Shown here piece by piece: positions 28,559 to 37,771 of a stretch of DNA of 64,000 nt (position 1 is the first letter of the stretch; the number at the start of each line of letters is the position of its first letter). The notes beneath the pieces are model-generated. The model was not told the DNA's origin. It saw only the letters and a program-made list of their open reading frames with translations, and did not search any database. The translations under genes were made by a program, and so were the position numbers. Origin of the DNA: Candidatus Woesearchaeota archaeon (GTDB lineage: Archaea > Nanobdellota > Nanobdellia > SCGC-AAA011-G17 > GW2011-AR20); the NCBI GenBank assembly GCA_964419925.1, contig CAYQPR010000002.1, positions 2,002 to 66,001 on the forward strand. Direction: 5' to 3'.

Positions 28559-29505
28559 TTTCCAGCTTCATAAATTTCATCAGCAATTTCCATAACTTTA
28601 TTCTCATCTCTTAAAGTCTTAAAAATAATTTCACCTTCTTTATTAATAATAACTTGCTCATTATCAACTTCAATCAAAATTGTATTTCCTGCATCTCTTA
28701 ATTCACCAAATTTTTTCTTAATCTTCTCAAGATTCAACTTTTTATGAGTCTTAACAGTTAATGTAGTTTTAGTTCTGCACAATTCAAGTTTAAATTTTTT
28801 CTCAACCATTTTACCGTTACAAACTTCGCAATCTGTATTTTTATTAACTTTTATTTTTTCAAATAAATTCTTATCTAAATTTATCCTTATTAAACTTTCT
28901 TCATAGTCTTTATTCAACAAGATCTTAAAAGCCTCACTAACTTGCAAACTTGAAATTAAAGTAGTAATTGTATTCAAAACTCCTATGTCTTCACATCTGT
29001 CAAATTCTTTTATGTTTCTGTAAATACAGTTAAAACATGCTTTTCCAGGCATAACATTAAAAATTAATCCATGATTTTGAATAGCTGCAGCATGAACCCA
29101 AGGGATCTTATTTTTTGAACAAAAATCATTTATCAAAAACCTTACTTCTAAATTATCGGTACAATCTAAGACTAAGTCGGATTTAATTAAATTAATATTT
29201 TCTTGATTTAGTTTAACATTATACCTTTTAATCTTAATCTTAGAATTAACTTTTTTTAAATAATCGCAAGCAACATCAGATTTAAACAACCCAATATTCC
29301 CTTCAGTGTAAATATTTTGTCTTTGCAAATTGCTTAATTCAACTTTATCTTTATCTACTAAAATTAAATTTACACCAGATCTTGTTAATAAATTACTAGA
29401 GTTACTTCCTAAAGCTCCTAATCCAACTACACAAACGGTTTTTCGATTAAGTAATTCTTGATTCTCTTTTTCAATCAAAATCTCCTGTCTTGAATATCTC
29501 ATCAT
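28555..29505 (-). CDS. E1-like ThiF/MoeB/UbaA-family adenylyltransferase with zinc CxxC pairs and an extra roughly 70-aa C-terminal region
   Basis: RYSRQ...VCVVGLGALGS...LILVDKDKVELSNLQRQ Rossmann/adenylation motif, plus CFNC and CEVC. Confidence 0.8.
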   Translation of the reverse strand: MMRYSRQEILIEKENQELLNRKTVCVVGLGALGSNSSNLLTRSGVNLILVDKDKVELSNLQRQNIYTEGNIGLFKSDVACDYLKKVNSKIKIKRYNVKLNQENINLIKSDLVLDCTDNLEVRFLINDFCSKNKIPWVHAAAIQNHGLIFNVMPGKACFNCIYRNIKEFDRCEDIGVLNTITTLISSLQVSEAFKILLNKDYEESLIRINLDKNLFEKIKVNKNTDCEVCNGKMVEKKFKLELCRTKTTLTVKTHKKLNLEKIKKKFGELRDAGNTILIEVDNEQVIINKEGEIIFKTLRDENKVMEIADEIYEAGK

Positions 29506-29553
29506 TCTAGAGTTTAAATAAAGGTTTTTAAACTTTTATAACCTTAGTAAATT

Positions 29554-31440
29554 ATGAGTTTTAAAGACCTAATTAAAGTAATTAAGAAATATAATCCTGA
29601 ATCAAACATTGAGCTAATAATGAAAGCTTACAGTTTTGCTTCAAAAAAACATCTTAAACAAATTAGAGAATCAGGACATCCTTACATTACCCATCTTGTT
29701 GGAGCTGCTGGAATCTTAGCCAACTTAAAAACAGATGACGAAACAATTGCAGCTTGCTTATTGCACGATACCTTAGAAGATACGAATACAGCCGAAGAAG
29801 AATTAAAAGAAAATTTTGGAGAGGATATTCTAAATCTAATAAAAGGAGTCACAAAAATTAGTAAATTAGTTCTTCCAGATTTTAAAGAAAGACAAGTAGA
29901 GAGTATAAGAAAAATGTTAATTGCAAGCACAAAAGATATTCGAGTTATTTTAATAAAATTAGCCGATAGATTAAACAACATGTATTCTCTTAAATATTTT
30001 CGTGAAGAAAAACAAAAAAGAATAGCAAAAGAAACATTAGAAATTTATGCGCCTTTAGCTTATAGGTTAGGTTTGTTTAATATAAAATGGCAGTTAGAGG
30101 ATTTATCTTTTAGATATTTAGAACCTAAAATTTATCAAGAAATAAAATCAAAAGTTGTTAAAACAAGAAATGAAAGGGAATCAGAGATTAAAAAGATTAA
30201 ATCAATAATAGAAAGAGAGTTAGCAAAACGCAATATAAATGCACAAGTATTTGGAAGAGCAAAAAGTTTCTACAGTATTTACAAAAAAATAACTGAAAGA
30301 AATAAAACAATAGAAGGTATGTATGATTTAATTGCATTAAGGATATTGGTAGAAAAAAAACAACAATGTTATGAAGTTTTAGGAATAATTCATAATTTGT
30401 TTAAACCTGTAGAAGGGAAGATTCAAGATTATATTGCAAACCCAAAACCAAACATGTACCAAAGCTTACATACAATTATTCTTTACAATGAAGATCAAGT
30501 AGAAATCCAAATATTAACAAAAGATATGCATTTGATAAATGAAGAAGGAATTGCGGCACATTGGAGATATAAAGATAAAAAATCTATAAATGATCCTGAA
30601 TTTGAGAAAAAGTTAGGATGGATTAAAGAAGTAATTAACCTAAAATCAAATATGGGAGAAGATTTTCTTGAAAGATTAAAGATTGATTTATTTTTAGACC
30701 ATATCTTTGTTTTTACTCCAAAAAATGATATTGTTGAGCTTCCAAAAGGAGCGACATTACTTGATTTTGCCTATGCCGTACATAGTGATTTAGGAAATTC
30801 ATGTATAGGTGGAAAAGTAAATGATAAATTTGTAAATTTAAAGCACGAACTAAAAAATACTGACCAAGTTGAGATATTAGTTTCAAAAAATCAAAAACCG
30901 AGCAGAGAATGGTTAAAATTTGTTATTTCTCAAAGAACAAAGGAAAAAATTGCACACTATTTAAGAATGCAAAATGAAATTCCAATATCAAATCTAAGAA
31001 AGATGATTAATGAAAAAAATAGTTTAATAAAAAGCGAAACAAAGTCAACTTTTATTAAGATTTCCGAATGTTGTGACCCAATTCCAAATGATCCGATTAT
31101 TGGATTAAGCACAAAAAATAACAAAATTACAGTGCATAAAACAAATTGTAGCAAACTAAATACATTTAGCTTAAAAAAAGTAAAAGTATTTTGGAATGAT
31201 GAAATTGGGTTAACCGTAAATATCAAAGTTATAGCTTCAGATAGATTAGGGTTATTTGCAGACGTTTTAAAAAATATATCTTCATTATATCTAAACATTG
31301 AAAAAGCAAGTGCAAAAACAATCAATAAAGAATTAGGAGAATGCAACATTAAAATTAAAGTAAATTCTTTAGAAGATATAAAAAAAATTGTTGATCAAAT
31401 AAAAAAAATAAATGATGTTAGAAAAGTTAGTTTGAGTTAA
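29554..31440 (+). CDS. long RelA/SpoT homolog (HD hydrolase + (p)ppGpp synthetase + TGS + ACT)
   Basis: HD motif HPYITHLVGAAGILA...LLHDTLEDT. Synthetase motif RAKSFYSIYKKI...YDLIALRILV. TGS IFVFTPKNDIVELPKGATLLDFAYAVHSDLG. C-terminal ACT-like region. Confidence 0.85.
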   Translation: MSFKDLIKVIKKYNPESNIELIMKAYSFASKKHLKQIRESGHPYITHLVGAAGILANLKTDDETIAACLLHDTLEDTNTAEEELKENFGEDILNLIKGVTKISKLVLPDFKERQVESIRKMLIASTKDIRVILIKLADRLNNMYSLKYFREEKQKRIAKETLEIYAPLAYRLGLFNIKWQLEDLSFRYLEPKIYQEIKSKVVKTRNERESEIKKIKSIIERELAKRNINAQVFGRAKSFYSIYKKITERNKTIEGMYDLIALRILVEKKQQCYEVLGIIHNLFKPVEGKIQDYIANPKPNMYQSLHTIILYNEDQVEIQILTKDMHLINEEGIAAHWRYKDKKSINDPEFEKKLGWIKEVINLKSNMGEDFLERLKIDLFLDHIFVFTPKNDIVELPKGATLLDFAYAVHSDLGNSCIGGKVNDKFVNLKHELKNTDQVEILVSKNQKPSREWLKFVISQRTKEKIAHYLRMQNEIPISNLRKMINEKNSLIKSETKSTFIKISECCDPIPNDPIIGLSTKNNKITVHKTNCSKLNTFSLKKVKVFWNDEIGLTVNIKVIASDRLGLFADVLKNISSLYLNIEKASAKTINKELGECNIKIKVNSLEDIKKIVDQIKKINDVRKVSLS

Positions 31441-31939
31441 TTTTACTTAATATTTTTTTAACTGTTTCTTCTATGCTTAATCCCCCAGTATTAATTATAA
31501 TATTGTAAAGTTTTTTGTTTCTATAATCAACATGATAATGTTTTTTGTAATGTTCCAATTCCAATCTTTCCCTAGACAATATTTTTTTCACCGTTTCTTT
31601 ATAATCCAATTTTTCCCTTTTCATTATTCTTTTAACTCTTTCTTTTAAACTACAAGATAAATAAATTTTATAATCTGCATTTTTTATCAAATAAGCTCCT
31701 AATCTTGAATCGATAATTGCATTTTTCTTCTTAGCAATAACCTTCTGTTTTTTATCTAATAAATCAACCAATTTAGGATTTTCTTTCATTAATTTAATAA
31801 CATCTTCATGTTTTTTTCTCGCAAATTTTCTAAAGATATCACCAATAGAATAATGTTTAATATGTAAGTGTTTTGCAAGTTCTTTAGAAACACTTGTCTT
31901 TCCAGAACCAGGTAATCCCGTAATCGTAATAATCATCAA
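31427..31939 (-). CDS. cmk: cytidylate kinase, archaeal type
   Basis: ITITGLPGSGKTSVSKELA P-loop. The overall pattern matches archaeal CMP kinases of about 175 aa. Confidence 0.75.
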   Translation of the reverse strand: MMIITITGLPGSGKTSVSKELAKHLHIKHYSIGDIFRKFARKKHEDVIKLMKENPKLVDLLDKKQKVIAKKKNAIIDSRLGAYLIKNADYKIYLSCSLKERVKRIMKREKLDYKETVKKILSRERLELEHYKKHYHVDYRNKKLYNIIINTGGLSIEETVKKILSKINSN

Positions 31940-32024
31940 AACAACGTTTATTAGAAAGATTATAAATGTTATAATACCATTTCAAAATAGTAACTTTTAA
32001 AAAGGAGAGAATTTTGAGAGAATC

Positions 32025-32345
32025 ATGAAAAAAGTTAAAAAAGAAACTAAAATTGCTAAAGAAAAGGTTTCAGACAAGATAATGCAAGGGCATTTAACTA
32101 AATATTTTAACGTAACTAGAGAAGCTTTAGAAAAAGCAATGAAATCTCGTTCAAGATTCAATGAACAGATTAGGAATGATTTTCTTGATATGATTCAAAG
32201 ATATTATGAAGATGCAGTATATTTTCAAACCAAAGGTAATTTTGTAAATGCATTTGCAGCTTTAAATTATGCACATGGTTGGCTCGATGCAGGAGCAAGA
32301 ATTGGAGTATTTTTAGTTAAAGATTCTAGATTGTTTGCTGCTTAA
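32025..32345 (+). CDS. conserved archaeal hypothetical protein (DUF357-like)
   Basis: Helical, with the YAHGWLDAG motif. Assigned by recall only. Confidence 0.35.
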   Translation: MKKVKKETKIAKEKVSDKIMQGHLTKYFNVTREALEKAMKSRSRFNEQIRNDFLDMIQRYYEDAVYFQTKGNFVNAFAALNYAHGWLDAGARIGVFLVKDSRLFAA

Positions 32346-32646
32346 AATGTATAGAATAGAAACTTTCAACGCTGGAAATTATCTTATTGAAACTTATTGG
32401 AATTTCTTAAGAATGGTTTCTCCAGATGATGAGTTATTAAAATATTATAGTGAGGGAAAATTAGATATTCAAGGAATAAAAAAATTAATTGGTGAAGAAA
32501 TAGACACAAGCGAATTAATAGGAGAGTATTATGCAAGAATGTCATTGAAATATCAAGAGATTACTGGAAAATATAAGGATCCTTTATCTGATTTAGAAGC
32601 TATAAAAAGTTTGGAAGAATTTCTAAATAAAGGAACTTATAATTGA
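32335..32646 (+). CDS. hypothetical protein
   Basis: 103-aa ORF overlapping the previous gene by 11 nt. Confidence 0.35.
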   Translation: MLLKMYRIETFNAGNYLIETYWNFLRMVSPDDELLKYYSEGKLDIQGIKKLIGEEIDTSELIGEYYARMSLKYQEITGKYKDPLSDLEAIKSLEEFLNKGTYN

Positions 32647-33161
32647 TTCTTAATAACTTTCTTACCTTTTTCAACAGGAACTATTTTTAAATTAGCATCT
32701 TTAAATTCATGTTTCAATTCTTTTCCATTATTAAGTAAATGCAAGAATATTGCTAAAGCAGAAACTTCTGAAATGGGTTGTTGAGTTATGCTTAAATTAT
32801 AATCTGCTAAATGATAATAAACTGGCTCGACTTTTTCTCCGCCAACAACGATAATTAAATTCTTCTTTTTTTTAATCTCTTTAATTTTATCCTCGACATT
32901 TAAACCATAACAAGTTAAGTGAACTATAGAAAATTTATCTTTATTTTGTTTAATAAAATTTACAGGATTTTCTAAATAATTAATGGTAAACTTGCTTCCA
33001 AATTTCGCCGTAACTTTATTTATGCTTAGTTCGTATCCTGAATCTTTTTCACCAGAATAGTACAATTTATCAGCCAAAAATGCCCTTGCAGTTAACGCAA
33101 CATGGGTGCTTAATCTTTTATCTCGATTAATTCTGTGATTTAGTCTTAAAATAATTATCAT
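32637..33161 (-). CDS. trm56: tRNA (cytidine56-2'-O)-methyltransferase aTrm56 (SPOUT)
   Basis: MIIILRLNHRINRDKRLSTHVALTARAF matches the aTrm56 N-terminal consensus (LRLGHRxxRDxRxTTHVxLxARAF). Confidence 0.75.
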   Translation of the reverse strand: MIIILRLNHRINRDKRLSTHVALTARAFLADKLYYSGEKDSGYELSINKVTAKFGSKFTINYLENPVNFIKQNKDKFSIVHLTCYGLNVEDKIKEIKKKKNLIIVVGGEKVEPVYYHLADYNLSITQQPISEVSALAIFLHLLNNGKELKHEFKDANLKIVPVEKGKKVIKNQL

Positions 33162-33236
33162 GAAGTTACCTAATATTTACTCTATAAAAAAGTTTTCAAT
33201 GCAAATATTTATAATTTTAACTAATTCTATAAACTT

Positions 33237-33638
33237 ATGTTTGGAAAAGAAAAATTTAATCAAGAAGAATTAGAAACTTTAAAAGGAAAAGAGTTTTTCT
33301 TAAAAGTTAATCAAATAAATAAAGAAAATTATATGTTTTTAATTTACCTTGAATCAAGAGAAAAAGGTTCGATGACAGGATATCCAATAGGCGATGTTTC
33401 TTTAGTCAAAACAATAGATAACAAAGAAATTTACGATGAAAATAAAAAATCTGATTACTTATTTACTTTAAATAAAATAACTTACTTGAGGAGCATTGAA
33501 GGATACATTTTGAACGGAAAAACTTTAGAATTTGATCTAACGAAAAATGAAACAAGTGGACTAGAAAAAGAAGTTAACATTTCTATAGAAAACTTAGCAA
33601 AACATAAAGAACACGGAACAATAAAGGCAGACGGCTAA
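33237..33638 (+). CDS. hypothetical protein
   Basis: 133-aa ORF with no motif. Confidence 0.4.
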   Translation: MFGKEKFNQEELETLKGKEFFLKVNQINKENYMFLIYLESREKGSMTGYPIGDVSLVKTIDNKEIYDENKKSDYLFTLNKITYLRSIEGYILNGKTLEFDLTKNETSGLEKEVNISIENLAKHKEHGTIKADG

Positions 33639-33678
33639 CATAAAAACATTTTTAAAGTGATATTTAACTAAAATAAGG

Positions 33679-34560
33679 ATGGGTAGATTTGAAGATTTTT
33701 ACGAAAGAAACTATAAAAAGTTAATTGTAATCTCATATTCAATCTTGTTTCTAAGTCTAATTGTAATCGGAGTTCACTATTTTAAAACCGGAGAGTTTTT
33801 TGATAAAGACATTTCATTAAAAGGGGGTGTAAGTGTAACCATATACAAAGAAGATTTAAATGTTAATGATGTTAAAGAACTCCTTAAGCAAAATTTCAAA
33901 GACTATAGTGTAAGAGAATTAACTGATTTTAATACTAATCAAAACATAGGGGTTATAATAGAAGTAGCAGATATTCAAGAGTCACAATTAAGAGACGTTT
34001 TAAAAACAAAATATAATCTCAATTTTAATAATAAAGAAGAATATGATCCAGGATTAACAAATTCTAGTTTTAGTCAAAGTTTTTACAAAGGATTAATCAT
34101 TGCAATAATTTTCTCATTTGTCTTGATGTCATTAGTTGTTTTTCTATCCTTCAAAACATTTATACCTAGCATCGCAGTAATATTTGCAGCATTAACAGAT
34201 ATTCTTGGAGCACTTGCCGTAATAGATATTATTGGAATGAAACTATCTGCAGCAGGAATTGTTGCATTTTTATTAATTATTGGATATTCGATTGATACGG
34301 ATATCTTGCTTACAACAAGGATGTTAAAAAGACATGACCATCCATTGCTAGAAAGAATGAAAGCAAGCATGATTACAGGAATGACGATGACGATAGCAGC
34401 AATTGCAGCATTAATGACCGGATATTTTATAGCAATTCCAGAAGAACTAAAACAAATTTTCTTAATAGTCTCAATTGCATTATTATTTGACATTCCATCA
34501 ACTTATTTTGGAAATGGAGGAATATTACTCCATTACTGTAAAAAGAAAAACATAACATGA
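33679..34560 (+). CDS. secF: protein-export membrane protein SecF
   Basis: N-terminal TM, a small periplasmic domain, then 5 C-terminal TM helices. It overlaps secD. Confidence 0.65.
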   Translation: MGRFEDFYERNYKKLIVISYSILFLSLIVIGVHYFKTGEFFDKDISLKGGVSVTIYKEDLNVNDVKELLKQNFKDYSVRELTDFNTNQNIGVIIEVADIQESQLRDVLKTKYNLNFNNKEEYDPGLTNSSFSQSFYKGLIIAIIFSFVLMSLVVFLSFKTFIPSIAVIFAALTDILGALAVIDIIGMKLSAAGIVAFLLIIGYSIDTDILLTTRMLKRHDHPLLERMKASMITGMTMTIAAIAALMTGYFIAIPEELKQIFLIVSIALLFDIPSTYFGNGGILLHYCKKKNIT

Positions 34561-36119
34561 ACCTAAAAAAATTTTTAAAGATTAGAATATTAATTTTGAT
34601 ATTTTGTTTGATAATTAGTGTAGTAGCAATAAATCCAAAGTTTGATGCTGAGGGGGTTGTAATAAAAGGTGTTGAAAAAAATAGCACTGCTGCATCAGCA
34701 GGGATGATATTTAATCCCGATGTAACTCCAACAAATTTAGAAAAAATTCTTGAGATAAATAATAATAAAATAATAAGTATTCAAGATTATAATAATGCTA
34801 TAGATAAAATAAATAATTCTGGAATTTTAAAGATAAAGACAAATAAGCAAGAATATGCTATGATTAAAACAGGTAACATCGGAATAAATATAGGTGAAGC
34901 AGCTGGAAGCAATTTAAGAAAAGGTTTAGATTTACAAGGTGGAACAAGGGTTGTTCTTCAGCCAGAAGGAATTTTAAACGATAAAGATACTTCCGATATA
35001 ATAAAAATAATTGAATCGAGATTAAATGTTTATGGGTTAAGTGATATTAAAGTAAGGCAAAGCAAAGATTTGTTTGGAGGCAATTTTATTGTAGCTGAAG
35101 TCGCAGGAGTATCCAAACAGGAAGTTAAGGAATTAATTGCAAGTCAGGGTAAATTTGAAGCAAAAATAGGAAATGATGTTGTATTCATTGGAGGAAAGAA
35201 AGATATTACTTTTGTCGGAAGAGACGACGCTAGATATTCAAGAATAACCCAATGTGGTCAAACAGAATCGGTTTCATATCAATGTCAGTTTGAGTTTGCA
35301 ATAAAATTAAGTCCTGAAGCTGCAAAAAGGCATGCACAGATAACAGATAAACTTGATGTAAATTTAAGTTCAAGCGGAAACAATTATTTAAGCAAACCTT
35401 TAGATTTATACTTAGATGACAATCTTGTAGATAGTCTTCAGATTTCTAGCAACTTAAAGGGAAAAGAAGCAATAGATATTGCAATTTCAGGAGCCGGAAT
35501 AGGGGAAACGCTAAAGGATGCTGAAAAAGATGCCCAGAAAAATATGAATAAATTACAAACTGTTTTAATAACAGGAAGTTTGCCTATAAAATTAAATATT
35601 GTAAAAATAGATACTATAAGTCCAAGTTTAGGAAAATCATTTGCAAATAATGCAATTTGGGTAATACTTGGAGCAATTATCGCAGTTTCAATTGTAATTT
35701 TTATCAGATACCGAGATTTAAAAATCTCCGTTCCAGTAATAATCTTTTCATTCAGTGAAATATTAATATTGTTAGGATTTGCAGCATTAATAAGGTATAA
35801 TTTAGATTTAGCGGCCATCGCAGGAATATTAGCCGCGGTTGGAACGGGAGTTGACGATCAGATTGTTATTGTAGATGAAATCTTAAAAGGAAAGAAAGAA
35901 GAAAAAATTAATGTTGGATTTAAAGATAAAATAAAGAGAGCTTTCTTTGTTATAATGGTTGCTTGGGTAACGGGCGTTGCTTCAATGTTGCCTTTATTCT
36001 GGGCAGGTGCAGGATTGTTTACAGGATTTGCATTAACAACAATTGCAGGAATCTCAATAGGGGTATTTATAACAAGACCAGCATTTGCAGCAGTTGTAGA
36101 AATTCTTGAAGAAAATTAA
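34557..36119 (+). CDS. secD: protein-export membrane protein SecD
   Basis: N-terminal TM, a large periplasmic P1 domain with KGLDLQGGTRVVLQ, and a C-terminal 5-TM bundle. Confidence 0.7.
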   Translation: MNLKKFLKIRILILIFCLIISVVAINPKFDAEGVVIKGVEKNSTAASAGMIFNPDVTPTNLEKILEINNNKIISIQDYNNAIDKINNSGILKIKTNKQEYAMIKTGNIGINIGEAAGSNLRKGLDLQGGTRVVLQPEGILNDKDTSDIIKIIESRLNVYGLSDIKVRQSKDLFGGNFIVAEVAGVSKQEVKELIASQGKFEAKIGNDVVFIGGKKDITFVGRDDARYSRITQCGQTESVSYQCQFEFAIKLSPEAAKRHAQITDKLDVNLSSSGNNYLSKPLDLYLDDNLVDSLQISSNLKGKEAIDIAISGAGIGETLKDAEKDAQKNMNKLQTVLITGSLPIKLNIVKIDTISPSLGKSFANNAIWVILGAIIAVSIVIFIRYRDLKISVPVIIFSFSEILILLGFAALIRYNLDLAAIAGILAAVGTGVDDQIVIVDEILKGKKEEKINVGFKDKIKRAFFVIMVAWVTGVASMLPLFWAGAGLFTGFALTTIAGISIGVFITRPAFAAVVEILEEN

Positions 36120-36124
36120 TAATC

Positions 36125-36406
36125 TTATTTTTTATGAAGTTCTTCCCTAATTATATTAAATAAATTTTCAACCAAACTCCTTTCTAAATTATTTAAATTA
36201 GAATCATCTAATATTACTTTTGGTCCATCTTTTAATAAAGTTATATTTAACCAACTCCTTTCAGGATTTCGTTTAAATGATATAATCGTATCATATTTAT
36301 TAGGATCGCTAGAAAATTCGTAAGCTGAATTTATTAAATTGGTTTTATTCAGTTCTAATCTTTTATATTCATCTAAAGTACAAAACAAAGTATAAGGTTT
36401 ACTCAT
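36125..36406 (-). CDS. hypothetical protein
   Basis: 93-aa ORF. Confidence 0.35.
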   Translation of the reverse strand: MSKPYTLFCTLDEYKRLELNKTNLINSAYEFSSDPNKYDTIISFKRNPERSWLNITLLKDGPKVILDDSNLNNLERSLVENLFNIIREELHKK

Positions 36407-36444
36407 AAAAATAGATATTAAAAAAGATTTATAAAAGCTTTGAA

Positions 36445-37174
36445 TTAAAACTCAATTCTAGCCCTTTCTAAATCTGGGTAAGTTCCAATATCAAAAAATT
36501 TACCTTTTATTTCATAAGCATAAACATCTCCAGAATTAACTAAATGTTTTATTAAATCACCCGTATTTTCTTTTAAATTATTCTTATCATTTAAATAATG
36601 TAAGTCATTTTTAGATAAAATATAACATAATGTACTTATCAAAGAGGATTCTGGGTTGCTTGGTTTCTCATCAAATTTAACAACTTTATTTTTTTCATCA
36701 ACACTAACACATCCAAATCTATTTGCAACTTCATCCTTATTTCCAAGATCATAAACTGCTATAGATGTTTTTTTATTCATTAAATAATAAAAGCTAATGA
36801 ATTCATCAATATCAAAATCAAATAGATTATCTCCTCCTAAAATAAGTAAGTCATCATTTATTTTTTTAAGATTAACAACATAAGAGATCCCCCCAACGGA
36901 ACCGGGCATTTCGTGAACTATCCTTTCTTTATCACTTATCATTTCAATTTTTTTATTATACTTATAATATTTTGAGTACTCCTGAAATTGATATTCAAAA
37001 AGACTCGGATACATAACAAAAATTTCTTTAATATATATAATTAGACGAATCGAGGTTGCTTACAATGTGATCAAGTACAGGTCTTCCCTTAACATCGAGT
37101 AAAGGTTTTGGTAATAACCTCGTAAGAGGATATAATCTGCTTCCAGAACCGGCAGTTAATATTAATGATTTCAT
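36445..37174 (-). pseudogene. Sugar-phosphate nucleotidyltransferase (glucose-1-phosphate thymidylyl/uridylyltransferase family), interrupted by a frameshift.
   Basis: An N-terminal 47-codon fragment (37174..37031, MKSLILTAGSGSRLYPLTRLLPKPLL, stop TAA) lies in a different frame from the C-terminal ORF 36445..37014 (VYAYEIKGKFFDIGTYPDLERA). The junction is at a TATATATA run. Confidence 0.6.
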
Positions 37175-37209
37175 AATCAACTTATGTTGTTGACACTTTA
37201 TAAAGGTAA

Positions 37210-37321
37210 CGCCAAGGCTAGGATTTGAACCTAGAAGTCCTTGCGGACAGCAGTTTTCTTTACGGTATTCGAGATTCGGCCTTATTTTGACTGCCGCAAT
37301 ACCGGATTATGCGACCTTGGC
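37210..37321 (-). tRNA. Intron-containing class II tRNA with a long variable arm. The G73 discriminator suggests tRNA-Ser. The anticodon is unresolved; a candidate CGA lies within CTCGAAT.
   Basis: Acceptor GCCAAGG/CCTTGGC, D-arm GCA-TAATCCGGTAT-TGC, stem GCAGT...ACTGC enclosing 35 nt, variable arm TGTCCGCAAGGACTT, T-arm CTAGG-TTCAAAT-CCTAG. Confidence 0.6.
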
Positions 37322-37357
37322 ACAACATTTATAAGAATTATCTAAAATAAAAAGGTT

Positions 37358-37771
37358 ATGTATTTGAAATATCATTTCATATCTTGTATTATCTTATCAA
37401 TAATCCTATTCCCGTTTTTCAATTATTTAAGTTTATTAGTTTTTGTTTTAGGATTTTTTATTGATGCTGACCATTACTTCTATGATGTCTTGACAACAAG
37501 AAAATTAAGTATAAAAAATTCATATAATCTACATATGGATAAAAGTATCATAAGAAAAGATCAGCTTCATATTTTTCACACATTAGAGTTTATAGTCTCA
37601 TTCATTTTTTTAACAATAACCTCAAAGAATACTTATCTAATATTGTTATCAATTGGATTAATTCTTCATTTGATATTAGATGTTTTACATGGAATTATAT
37701 TAATCAAAAAAAGAGTTAAGATGAATCAAACAAGAGCTTACTCATTTTTATTTTGGATAATGAGAAATTAA
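37358..37771 (+). CDS. small membrane protein, possibly a membrane-bound metal-dependent hydrolase (YdjM/DUF457-like)
   Basis: 3-4 TM helices with FFIDADHYFYD and HLILDVLHG His/Asp clusters. Confidence 0.35.
   Translation: MYLKYHFISCIILSIILFPFFNYLSLLVFVLGFFIDADHYFYDVLTTRKLSIKNSYNLHMDKSIIRKDQLHIFHTLEFIVSFIFLTITSKNTYLILLSIGLILHLILDVLHGIILIKKRVKMNQTRAYSFLFWIMRN

Noticed and set aside
28555-29505. Possibility that the C-terminal 70 aa of the E1-like protein is a fused rhodanese or a second Ubl
   Set aside because: No rhodanese active-site Cys loop and no terminal GG. It is left as an unassigned extension.
37261-37310. Possible small RNA or hairpin within the tRNA intron region (CGAAT direct repeat, complementarity to the D-loop)
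   Set aside because: It can be explained as part of the pre-tRNA exon-intron structure. There is no independent evidence for a separate RNA gene.
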